Source: Myxococcota bacterium
Lineage (GTDB): Bacteria; Myxococcota_A; UBA9160; UBA4427
Reading direction: 5' to 3'
Assembly: GCA_036336835.1 (NCBI GenBank)
Contig: JAYZFK010000025.1
Location: 1-15,769 of the forward strand
Length of the DNA: 15,769 bases
This document shows, piece after piece, positions 1-8,139 of this stretch; the stretch's first letter is position 1, and each line of letters begins with the position of its first letter. The notes below the pieces were generated by a model that saw only the letters and a list, made by a program, of their open reading frames with translations, was not told where the DNA came from and did no database searches. Both the position numbers and the translations under genes were made by a program.

Positions 1-2
1 TC

Positions 3-341
3 CGCTTCGTGCGCCCGGAGCGCCTCGCGGCAATCGACGAGTACGTGAGCGAGCGAGGGCTTGGCCGCAGCTTCGTGGCCGTGCTGCTGCTGCGCCTGGT
101 CGCTCACTTCTCGTTCGACGCGACGAGCTACGCGTGCGGCCTGATTCGCTTCCCCTTCGGCTGGTTCACCCTGGCCACCGCGCTTGGTGAGATTCCGAAG
201 GTCCTGCTATTCACCGCCCTTGGCGCCGGCCTCGGCGAGATCCCCGGCTGGATCGGCGTGGCGATCGGCGCGAGCCTGATCGCAACGGCGGGCGCCTTTC
301 TCCTGCTGCGGCGCCATCACCGAGAGCTCAGAGCGCCCTGA
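3..341 (+). CDS. DedA/VTT (TVP38/TMEM64, SNARE-associated) family membrane protein, 5'-truncated
   Basis: The frame is open from the window edge. The hydrophobic protein carries 'LLLRLVAHFSFDATSYACGL...FTLATALGEIP', resembling the VTT 'RLxP...xSYxxG...FxxxTxxGxxP' signature. TGA is at 339-341. Confidence 0.8.
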   Translation, partial: RFVRPERLAAIDEYVSERGLGRSFVAVLLLRLVAHFSFDATSYACGLIRFPFGWFTLATALGEIPKVLLFTALGAGLGEIPGWIGVAIGASLIATAGAFLLLRRHHRELRAP

Positions 342-1731
342 CCTCCGCCTCGACCACCGTGCCGTCGAAGAAGCGCGGGTTCACCGCGGTCCAGAACTCG
401 GCTGGATAGCGGAACGTGAAGTCGCGGAAGTCGTCGCGATCGATCAACCCGTCGTCGACCAGCTCCCACGCCTCGGCGACGACCTGCGCCGTATCGGGCA
501 CGTCCCAGTGTCCGATATCGGAGCTGAACAGCGCGCCGAGCCGGGCACCCAGCGGGTTGACGTCGTCCTTGAACGCCCAGGCGTTGATCGGGTCGTCCGC
601 CTCGCAGCCGAAATAGAAGCGCTCGGCAAACAGCTCGCGGATGTCCTCGGCGCGTTCGATGCCGCAGGCGGCGAACTCGTCGAGCGCGCTGGGATCCTCG
701 GGGCTCGTGTGCAGCCCCACCGAGCCGACCGCCTGCTCGATCTTGCCGAGGAAGCTCTTCTCGCCATAGCGCCGCATCAGATCCTCGAACTGCTTCACGT
801 CCATGCTCTCTGGATCGTAGGCGCGCACGCGCTCGCCGCCGCGCTTCTCCCAGTGTCCGATCAGGTCCGCATACAGGCTGCAGGCCCAGCCGACGCCGCC
901 CTCGAGGAAGGCGAAGCGAAGCGATGGGAAGCGGCGCGTCACCCCTGCCAGGAACAGCGAGCGGCAGGTCGCCTCGCCGGCCGCCGCGAACGCGCCGACG
1001 TGATTGTGCACGTAGCTCGAGACGGACGCGTGCGATCCCCAGCCGAGCCCGTTCGAGTGGAACGTCGGCGACACCCCGAGCTCGACGCACCGACGCCAGA
1101 CCGGATCGTAGTCGTACTGGCTGTCGACCCCGAGCGCATCGAGCCAGGTGGCCCAGCGCGCAGCGCCGGACCCGGCCGCGGGCACCGGGCGCCGTACCAC
1201 TCCCGCCAGCATCACAGCCTTGTGTCCCAGCTCGCCCACCGCGTAGTCGAGCTCGGCGATCGCCTCGGCGGGCGTCGTCGTCGGGATGACCGCCACGGGT
1301 GTCATCCGGTCCGCATAGGGCCGGAACAGCTCGGCGTGGAACCGATTGACGGCGCGGCACACCGCCTGCCGCAGCTCTGCGTCGTCGAGATCGGGGGCGA
1401 TCAACGTCGCGCTCGGATACAGCACCGCGAAGTCGATGCGCAGCTCGTCGAGGCGCTCGTAGAGCAGGCGGGGCAGACTCGCCGTGGCCCGGTCGAGCGT
1501 GTTGCGAGCCGGCAGCGCCCACCAGGGGCCGCGCACCGCACGCGTCCGCACACGTTCCTCGTGGCTGAGGTCGTACCAGCCGAGAAAGTCCTTCGCGAAG
1601 AAGTCGACGTAGCGTTGGGTGATCTCGCGCCCCGCCACATCCTCGAGCACATCGAGCAGCGCCGGCATGAACTCGACGGTGTGACCGTCGCTGTCGATGA
1701 TCGGGTGGTCGAAGTCGCTGCGGCTCGGCAT
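328..1731 (-). CDS. Amidohydrolase family protein (Amidohydro_2, TIM-barrel metal-dependent), copy I
   Basis: Motifs are IIDSDGH, LYPS, YDPVW, PTFH, FLEGGVGW and FSSDIGHWD. Start is either ATG 1740 (ORF track) or ATG 1731. I favour 1731 because a TTGACA-18-GACGAT promoter-like element ends 7 nt before it. Confidence 0.9.
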   Translation of the reverse strand: MPSRSDFDHPIIDSDGHTVEFMPALLDVLEDVAGREITQRYVDFFAKDFLGWYDLSHEERVRTRAVRGPWWALPARNTLDRATASLPRLLYERLDELRIDFAVLYPSATLIAPDLDDAELRQAVCRAVNRFHAELFRPYADRMTPVAVIPTTTPAEAIAELDYAVGELGHKAVMLAGVVRRPVPAAGSGAARWATWLDALGVDSQYDYDPVWRRCVELGVSPTFHSNGLGWGSHASVSSYVHNHVGAFAAAGEATCRSLFLAGVTRRFPSLRFAFLEGGVGWACSLYADLIGHWEKRGGERVRAYDPESMDVKQFEDLMRRYGEKSFLGKIEQAVGSVGLHTSPEDPSALDEFAACGIERAEDIRELFAERFYFGCEADDPINAWAFKDDVNPLGARLGALFSSDIGHWDVPDTAQVVAEAWELVDDGLIDRDDFRDFTFRYPAEFWTAVNPRFFDGTVVEAEVRAL

Positions 1732-1738
1732 GGCGGAC

Positions 1739-1768
1739 ATCGTCTGGCGCGAACACGCCCGCTGTCAA
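1739..1768 (-). promoter_or_regulatory. Putative sigma70-type promoter for amidohydrolase I (leaderless)
   Basis: The minus strand reads TTGACA (1768-1763), an 18-nt spacer, GACGAT (1744-1739), 7 nt, then ATG 1731. No SD is present. Confidence 0.55.
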
Positions 1769-1790
1769 CCCACCCGAACTCCGCTCACGC

Positions 1791-1796
1791 TACGCT
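1791..1796 (+). promoter_or_regulatory. Putative -10 element for the prenyltransferase (leaderless)
   Basis: TACGCT (TAnnnT) is followed by 7 nt and then ATG 1804. There is no SD and no clear -35. Confidence 0.5.
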
Positions 1797-1803
1797 CGTC
1801 GGC

Positions 1804-2802
1804 ATGCCGGATATCGCGATGTGGCGCAAGGCGCTCAGCACCATGCCCCGGATCGACAAGAGCGACTGGGACGAGCTCGACATCGTCTCGCGCTGGCTGA
1901 TCGCGACGCGCTCCGCGGTGATCGTGATGACAGTCGCATCGGCTGCCCTTGCGGGACTGCTCGCGTTCCGGGACGGTGCCTTCGACCTGGGGCTCTGGCT
2001 CCTGGTGACGCTCGGGCTGTGTCTGGCCCACGCCACGAACAATCTGGTGAACGATCTCACCGACTACTGGAAGGGGGTCGACGAAGACAACTACTTCCGG
2101 ACACAGTACGGACCCCAGACCGTGCAGGACGGCTTTCTGAGCACGCGGCAGCTCGTAGCCTACGCGGTGGCGACTGGCATGGCCGCTCTCGCGGTCGGCG
2201 TCTATCTGGTCTGGCTGCGCGGCGAGACCGCACTGCTGTTGCTCGGCATCGGCGCGTTCCTGGTGCTCTTCTACACCTTTCCCTTGAAGTACATCGGCCT
2301 CGGTGAGCCGGCGGTGCTCGCCGTCTGGGGACCGTTGATGATCGGCGGCGGCTACTACGTGATCACTGGCAGCTGGAGCCAGCAGGTCGCGATCGCGGGC
2401 GTCGCCTACGCACTCGGCCCGACGGCGGTGTTGTTCGGCAAGCACATCGACAAGCTCGACGCCGACGGCGCAAAGGGGATTCGCACCCTGCCGGTGCTGC
2501 TCGGCGAGGCGGTGTCGCGCTACGCGGTGATGGGGATGCTGGCGGCGCAGCTGCTCGTGATCGTCTACCTGGTCGGGACGCAGTATCTCCGGCCCCCGGT
2601 GCTCATCGTGCTGCTGGCGGCGCCCTCGTTGCGACGCGTCTGGTCCGTCTACCGCAACCCTCGACCGAGCGAGCCGCCCGACGAGCTTCCGGCTGGGGTC
2701 TGGCCCCTGTGGTTCGTGGCGATTGCGTTCTGGTACAACCGTCGCTTCGCCGCTCTGCTGGTGGTCGGACTGATCGCCGACATCGCGCTCTCTCGGCTCT
2801 GA
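1804..2802 (+). CDS. menA: UbiA-superfamily prenyltransferase, MenA-like (1,4-dihydroxy-2-naphthoate polyprenyltransferase-like)
   Basis: This is the C-terminal 332 aa of the 508..2802 ORF; the upstream part is an antisense shadow of amidohydrolase I. It is a multi-TM protein with NNLVNDLTDYWKGVD, FYTFPLKYIGLGE and D..D..KGIRTLPVLLG. The second acidic motif is atypical, so exact substrate is uncertain. Confidence 0.8.
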   Translation: MPDIAMWRKALSTMPRIDKSDWDELDIVSRWLIATRSAVIVMTVASAALAGLLAFRDGAFDLGLWLLVTLGLCLAHATNNLVNDLTDYWKGVDEDNYFRTQYGPQTVQDGFLSTRQLVAYAVATGMAALAVGVYLVWLRGETALLLLGIGAFLVLFYTFPLKYIGLGEPAVLAVWGPLMIGGGYYVITGSWSQQVAIAGVAYALGPTAVLFGKHIDKLDADGAKGIRTLPVLLGEAVSRYAVMGMLAAQLLVIVYLVGTQYLRPPVLIVLLAAPSLRRVWSVYRNPRPSEPPDELPAGVWPLWFVAIAFWYNRRFAALLVVGLIADIALSRL

Positions 2803-2807
2803 ACACC

Positions 2808-4253
2808 TCAGCCCTCGGTTCCCTCGAGCACGGTGCCCTCGAAGAAGCGCGGGTTGCTGTCGCTGTAGAAGCGGAACGCATTGCCGAACACGAAATCGCG
2901 GAAATCGTCGGGCTGCATCGTTCCCCGATCGAGGTGTTCGCAAGCCTCTTCCAGGACCGCGCGCATGTCCGGCACGTCAAAGTGCCCGATGTCCGAGCCG
3001 TACATCGCGTTCAGCCGTGCACCGAAGGGCATCAGCCCGTCGATGAACGCGATCGCGTTCATCGGGTCGTCCGCCTCGCAGCCGAAGAAGAAGCTCGGAA
3101 CGAAGAGGTCTCGGATCTCTTCGGCCCGCTCGATCCCGAGGGCGGCGAACTCGTCGAGCTCGCTGTCGGCGGGCCGGTCGCGCTGGTGGCCCGGTGTCGT
3201 CAGGAGCGCGCCCTCGATCTGCTCGCTCGTCGCCGGTCCGACGGCTCCGTACTGCTCCGCGAGCTTCGCGAACTCCGCCTGGTCGAGCAGCGACGGATCG
3301 AGGTTCTGCTTGACGGTCCGCAGGTTTCGCGTCCTCCAGTGCCCGACCAGATCGCCGTAGAGACTGCAGGCCCAGCCGACTCCTCCCTCGAGCAGCGCCA
3401 CACGCAGCGCGGGAAAGCGACGGGTCACGCCGCCCAGAAACAGCGACTTGCAGAGCGCCTCGCCGGATGCCGCGAAGTGCCCGATGTGGTTGTAGACCCA
3501 GTTCGAGGTCGAGCGCCGGCTGCCCCAGCCGTTGCCCTGCGTGTGCGTTCCCAGCGAGACGCCGAGCTCGATCGCGCGACGCCAGAGAGGGTCGTAGTCG
3601 TAGGGCGAGTCGATCCCGTAGCTGTCGAGCCAGAAGGCCCAGCGCTTCGACTCGCCGTCGGGATCGGCGTCTTCGAATCCGGCGGGCTCGCGCGGGACGT
3701 AGCTCGGGATCACGACGGCCTTGAAGCCGAGCTCGAGCACCGCGTACTCGAGCTCTTCGACGGCTTCCTCCGGTGTGTTCGTCGGCACCGCGGCGACCGG
3801 GATCAGCCGATCCGTGCAGCCGTCGAAGGCATCGCGGTGGTAGCGGTTGAGGGCGCGACAGCCGCCGCGCCGAAGCTCATCGGACTGCAGCTGCAGGAAC
3901 GCGAGCCCGGTGCTCGGGTACACGATCGACACGTCACAGCCCAGCTCGTCCATCCGGCTGCGCAGGAAGCGGGGGAAGGAGGCGGCGGCGCGATCCCGGG
4001 TGTTGCGCATGGGCCGCGTCCACCACGGCGGCTTCGTGATGTGCTTCGCGATGCGCTGCTCCGGTGTGAGCTCGTACCAGTCGGACACCGCGCCGAGCAC
4101 GCCGCGGAAGAGCTGGTTGAAATCCGTCCCGATCCCGACCTCGCGCAGATACTCGGCGAGCGCCGGGACGAACTCGGTCGTGTGGCCATCGGCGTCGATC
4201 ACCGGATGACCGAGCGAGCTGCGGATCGCGTAGGCGTTACGGCTCGTACTCAT
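2808..4253 (-). CDS. Amidohydrolase family protein (Amidohydro_2), copy II, paralogue of copy I
   Basis: Motifs are VIDADGH, VYPS, YDPLW, GTH, LLEGGVGW, FGCEADDP and YGSDIGHFD. SD GGAG (minus, 4264-4261) lies 7 nt before ATG 4253. Confidence 0.92.
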   Translation of the reverse strand: MSTSRNAYAIRSSLGHPVIDADGHTTEFVPALAEYLREVGIGTDFNQLFRGVLGAVSDWYELTPEQRIAKHITKPPWWTRPMRNTRDRAAASFPRFLRSRMDELGCDVSIVYPSTGLAFLQLQSDELRRGGCRALNRYHRDAFDGCTDRLIPVAAVPTNTPEEAVEELEYAVLELGFKAVVIPSYVPREPAGFEDADPDGESKRWAFWLDSYGIDSPYDYDPLWRRAIELGVSLGTHTQGNGWGSRRSTSNWVYNHIGHFAASGEALCKSLFLGGVTRRFPALRVALLEGGVGWACSLYGDLVGHWRTRNLRTVKQNLDPSLLDQAEFAKLAEQYGAVGPATSEQIEGALLTTPGHQRDRPADSELDEFAALGIERAEEIRDLFVPSFFFGCEADDPMNAIAFIDGLMPFGARLNAMYGSDIGHFDVPDMRAVLEEACEHLDRGTMQPDDFRDFVFGNAFRFYSDSNPRFFEGTVLEGTEG

Positions 4254-4292
4254 GCGACGGCTCCGTGCGGCGGCGTTTTGGACGCCAGTCGC

Positions 4293-4298
4293 ATTCTA
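4293..4298 (-). promoter_or_regulatory. Putative -10 element (TAGAAT) for amidohydrolase II
   Basis: Near-consensus TAGAAT on the minus strand lies about 40 nt upstream of the ATG. It is followed by a small hairpin (4272-4286) and the SD. Confidence 0.55.
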
Positions 4299-4347
4299 CC
4301 CCCCGTTCTGACAGGATCCCCGCTCCGACTTCGCCGGGAGAGCCGCA

Positions 4348-5589
4348 TTGCTCGAAGGAGTTCGCATCGTCGAGGTGTCGATGTTCGCGCCGGACGCGCT
4401 GGGGATGCACCTGGCCGATCTCGGGGCGGAGGTCATCAAGGTCGAGCGGCCGGGGATCGGCGATCCGGCGCGACTGCTGGGCCGTCCCTACCGCGGGGAG
4501 TCGACTGCGACGCGGCGCTGGAACCGGGGCAAGTACAGCATCGCACTCGAGCTCGGATCCGAGGACGGCCGCGAGGTGTTTCGCGATCTCGTCGGGCGCT
4601 CGGACGCGGTGGTCGAGGGGATGCGGCCCGGTGCCATGGCGCGCCGCGGGCTGGGCTACGAAGATCTCCTGTCGGCCAATCCCCGGCTGGTGTTTGCCAG
4701 CCTGTCGGGCTGGGGCCAGGACGGCCCGTACCGCGATCTCGGCTCGCACGGACTCGCCTTCGACTCGTTTGCCGGCCTGGCGAGGCCCCGACGGGTCGGG
4801 GACCGGATCGCCAGGCCGGCGGGCCAGGTGTGGGGCGGCGTCGAAGCGGGTCCGCTGTACGCGGCGCTCGCCGTCGTGTCGGGCATCGTGCGCGCGCGGC
4901 ACACCGGCGAGCCCAGCTGTATCGAGGTCAGCCAGGCCGACGCCGGCGCCGTGTGGAACTACCTTGCGATCTCGTACGAGGCCGCCCTCGCAGAGCACGG
5001 ACGCGAGCCGGAGGACCCCGATACCCGCGAGCTCCTCGAGGCGCTCGGCACGGCGGCAGACGCCGCCGACGCGGATCGCTCGGCAACGGACGTCCGCTAC
5101 CAGTACTACGCGACCCGCGACGGCACTGTGCTGCTGATGGCCACCGAGACGAAGTTCTGGAAGAACTTCTGCCGCGCCGTCGGTCGCATGGACCTGTTCG
5201 AGCGCTGGCCCGGCAAGTCGCCCGCCGATCACGACTACGGCAACGACGCGCTGCGCGACGAGCTGACGCGGATCTTCGAGACGCGCACGCGCGCCGAGTG
5301 GGTCGATCTCTTCATCGAACACGACGTGGCAGGCGCGCCGGTCTACGACGCGGGCGAGACACACCTCGACCCGCACTTCGCGGCGCGCGATCTGTGGGTG
5401 GACGCCGAGGTGCATGGCGCTCGCATTCTGGGCTCGCCGATTCGCCTGCACGGACGCATGGCGGTCGCACGGAAGGCCTCACCGCAAGCGGGTGAGGACG
5501 AAGCCCGCGTATTGCGCGAGATCCTCGGCTACGACGACGCGCGCATCGAACAGCTGCGCGAGGGTGGGGCACTGGGAGAGAGCCGATGA
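4348..5589 (+). CDS. Class III CoA-transferase (CaiB/BaiF family), subunit A, catalytic Asp apparently absent
   Basis: Motifs are LEGVRIVE, LADLGAEVIKVE.PG.GD..R, NRGKYSIALEL, DAVVEGMRPG and SLSGWGQDGPY. The TTG start has GGGAG (4336-4340) 7 nt upstream. Confidence 0.92.
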   Translation: MLEGVRIVEVSMFAPDALGMHLADLGAEVIKVERPGIGDPARLLGRPYRGESTATRRWNRGKYSIALELGSEDGREVFRDLVGRSDAVVEGMRPGAMARRGLGYEDLLSANPRLVFASLSGWGQDGPYRDLGSHGLAFDSFAGLARPRRVGDRIARPAGQVWGGVEAGPLYAALAVVSGIVRARHTGEPSCIEVSQADAGAVWNYLAISYEAALAEHGREPEDPDTRELLEALGTAADAADADRSATDVRYQYYATRDGTVLLMATETKFWKNFCRAVGRMDLFERWPGKSPADHDYGNDALRDELTRIFETRTRAEWVDLFIEHDVAGAPVYDAGETHLDPHFAARDLWVDAEVHGARILGSPIRLHGRMAVARKASPQAGEDEARVLREILGYDDARIEQLREGGALGESR

Positions 5590-6806
5590 GCCAACCGCTT
5601 TCGGGAGTGACGATCCTCGCGGCGGAGCAGATGCACGCGATGCCGCACGCGACCCAGCTACTGGGTCTGATGGGGGCGGAGGTCATCAAGGTAGAACCTA
5701 CCCAGGGAGAATCGGGCCGCACGGGCAAGCCGTCCGTGGTCGATCGCGATGGTCGCAGTACGGGCTCGACCTTCATGCGCAACAACCTCGGCAAGGCGAG
5801 CGTCGGACTCGACCTCAAGTCCGACGCGGGGCGCGATCTCTTCCTGCAGCTCGCAGCGGGGGTCGACGTGGTTGCCGAGAACTTCCGACCGGGCACGGTG
5901 GACCGTCTGGGCATCGGCTACGAGTCGGTCCGGGAGATCAATCCGGCGGTGGTCTACGTCTCGATCTCGGGCTTCGGCAATCGCACCGACCCGGCCAGTC
6001 CGTATCGCGAGTGGCCCGCCTACGCCCCGATCGTCGAAGGGATGGCCGGGCTCTACGAGTACAGCCGCAGAGACGACGGCCCCCCCAGCCTCGCCATCGC
6101 GGGTGCGCTGGGCGACACGGGCGCCGGGCTCTACGCCGTGATCGGCACCCTCGCCGCGCTCCACGATCGCCAGAGGACGGGCAAGGGCAGCTACGTCGAC
6201 GTCTCGATGTACGACTCGATGATCGCGATCGCCGACATCGTGCACGTCGCGAGCACGGGCGTCGATCCGAGCCGGGTGCTCGCCGGCATCGGGATCCTGC
6301 ACTCCTTCCGCGCCTCGGACGGCTGGTTCAATGTCGAGGTCGTGCGCGAGCCTCACTTCCCGCGCTTCGCGCACGCGGTGGGACACCCGGAGTGGACAGA
6401 GGACGAGCGCCTGGCGACGCGCGCCGGCTGGGACGAGCAGATGGAGACGGTGATCCGCCCCGCGGTCGAGTCCTGGGCGAGCGACAAGACGAAGCTCGAG
6501 GCCGCGAGCGAGCTCGCGCAGCGCGGAGTCGCCGCCGGACCGGTGAATCTCGCGGCGGACATTCGGACCGACCCGCACGTACGCGGCCGCAGCCTGGTGC
6601 ACGAGATCCCGGCGCCGGACGGATCGCGAGAGCTGGCGATCGTCGGCAACCCCATCGGCCTTCGCCGCGACGAACCCGAAGAAACACCGCCCGAGCCGAA
6701 CCGCTGGCCGGTGCTCGGCGAAGACACCGATCGCGTGCTGGGCGAACGCCTCGGCCTCGACGAGCAAGCGCTCGCGGATCTGCGGACCCGCGGCGTGATC
6801 TCCTGA
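5586..6806 (+). CDS. Class III CoA-transferase (CaiB/BaiF family), subunit B
   Basis: Motifs are PLSGVTIL, MGAEVIKVEP, NNLGKASVGLDLK, DVVAENFRPG, SISGFG, LGDTGAGLYA (catalytic Asp, D177) and PVLGEDT. It overlaps the upstream gene by ATGA at 5586-5589. Confidence 0.93.
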   Translation: MSQPLSGVTILAAEQMHAMPHATQLLGLMGAEVIKVEPTQGESGRTGKPSVVDRDGRSTGSTFMRNNLGKASVGLDLKSDAGRDLFLQLAAGVDVVAENFRPGTVDRLGIGYESVREINPAVVYVSISGFGNRTDPASPYREWPAYAPIVEGMAGLYEYSRRDDGPPSLAIAGALGDTGAGLYAVIGTLAALHDRQRTGKGSYVDVSMYDSMIAIADIVHVASTGVDPSRVLAGIGILHSFRASDGWFNVEVVREPHFPRFAHAVGHPEWTEDERLATRAGWDEQMETVIRPAVESWASDKTKLEAASELAQRGVAAGPVNLAADIRTDPHVRGRSLVHEIPAPDGSRELAIVGNPIGLRRDEPEETPPEPNRWPVLGEDTDRVLGERLGLDEQALADLRTRGVIS

Positions 6807-6811
6807 AGACC

Positions 6812-8134
6812 TCAGGGATCCCACGCGACGCGCAGTTCCTGTGGCCCGCGCAGTCGCGCGGTCCGCCGCTGCACGAAGGTCTCGCCCGCCGGGCGAAGGG
6901 TCGGCAGCCGATCGAGCAGGACGCGCAGCCCGGCCTGCAGCTCTGCGCGCGCCAGCGCATTGCCGAGGCAGAAGTACACGCCCGCGCTGAAGGCGAGGTG
7001 GGGCGGATTGCGGCCGAGGTCGAGCCGGTCGGGATCGGCGAACACGTCGGGATCCCGATTTGCCGCGCCGTAGACGAGCGCAGCCATGCTGCCGGCGGGG
7101 AGCGTGACCCCGGCGGCGCCCGCCGAGCCGGCGGCAACTCGCAGATCGTCGGCGATCAGGCGCATCGACATCTGAACCGACGTGTCGTAGCGCAGCAGCT
7201 CGTCGATGGCGGGAGGCAGCAGCGCCGGGTCGCCGAGCAGACGGGCGAGCTCATCGGGATGGCGAAACAACGCCACGATCGCGTTGCCGAGCAGGTCGGC
7301 GGTCGTCTCGTGCCCGGCCTGCAGGAGCAGGACGCAGGTGGAAATCGCCTCCTCGCGGCTCAAGCGACCGCCTTCGTCTTCGGCCATCACGAGCGCGCTG
7401 ATGATGTCGTCGCCCGGCTGCGTGCGACGTTCTTCGATCACGCGATCGAAGAAGTCGTGAAACTGCTTCGCCGCCTCGTTGCCGCGCGCAATGATTTCGG
7501 GGGTCGCCGACATGGGATCGCCGGCCCGCGCGAAATCCCACGCCCACTCCTCGATCGATGCGCGGGCGTCGTGCGGCAGACCGAGCAGCCGCATGATCGC
7601 GCGAAGCGGCAGCGGGTAGGCGAACTGACTCACCAGGTCCATCTCGCTGAGGCCCCGGTCCAGCGCCGCGTCGAGCAGCTCACTCGCGACCTCCTCGGTC
7701 AACGCGGCCAACGGCGCGACGGCGGCCGGTGTGAACGCCTTGAAGACGAGCCTGCGCACGCGGTCGTGCGACGCCTTGTCGAGGAATAACATCGCATTGC
7801 GCATCACCTGGTAGAAGGCGCCGCCGGCGCCGTCGTAGTCGAAGACCTTCGCAGTCTCCGGATCGTTGACGGCGGCAGCCGAGCGCGCCACGCGGTCGAC
7901 GTCGCGAAAGCGGGTCAACACCCAGCAACCCGACGGCAGGCCGGCTACCCGGGCCCGGTGCGCGGGCGCAATCCGGCGCAGCTCGTGATAGAGAGGATAG
8001 AGCTCGCCGCGCCGATCCGCGTCGAGGATGCAGGCAACGATCTCATCGGGGTCGCGGGACGGCAGCGATTTCGCGAACCGCATTTCCGGCGAGGGATGGA
8101 TCCGTCGCACGATGCCGCTGCCGCGCGCCTTCAT
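6812..8134 (-). CDS. Cytochrome P450
   Basis: It has the I-helix LLQAGHETT, the K-helix ELLR, AANRDP..F.DPDRLD, and the heme loop HLAFSAGVYFCLG. The start is uncertain: ATG 8134 (8 nt after TGG-TACCAT) or ATG 8083. The track start at 8176 overlaps the divergent gene and is unlikely. Confidence 0.95.
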   Translation of the reverse strand: MKARGSGIVRRIHPSPEMRFAKSLPSRDPDEIVACILDADRRGELYPLYHELRRIAPAHRARVAGLPSGCWVLTRFRDVDRVARSAAAVNDPETAKVFDYDGAGGAFYQVMRNAMLFLDKASHDRVRRLVFKAFTPAAVAPLAALTEEVASELLDAALDRGLSEMDLVSQFAYPLPLRAIMRLLGLPHDARASIEEWAWDFARAGDPMSATPEIIARGNEAAKQFHDFFDRVIEERRTQPGDDIISALVMAEDEGGRLSREEAISTCVLLLQAGHETTADLLGNAIVALFRHPDELARLLGDPALLPPAIDELLRYDTSVQMSMRLIADDLRVAAGSAGAAGVTLPAGSMAALVYGAANRDPDVFADPDRLDLGRNPPHLAFSAGVYFCLGNALARAELQAGLRVLLDRLPTLRPAGETFVQRRTARLRGPQELRVAWDP

Positions 8135-8139
8135 CGTCT

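Noticed and set aside
508..1803. Apparent 764-aa fusion ORF extending MenA by about 430 aa
   Set aside because: The extension lies antisense to amidohydrolase I and has no recognisable motif. It is a typical high-GC shadow frame, and the real start is ATG 1804.
2709..7789. Very long alternative ORFs (2709..5495, 5414..7789, 4237..5451, 5658..6824)
   Set aside because: They are Arg/Ala/Gly/Pro-rich, have no motifs and overlap well-supported genes. Stop-codon scarcity in GC-rich DNA explains them.
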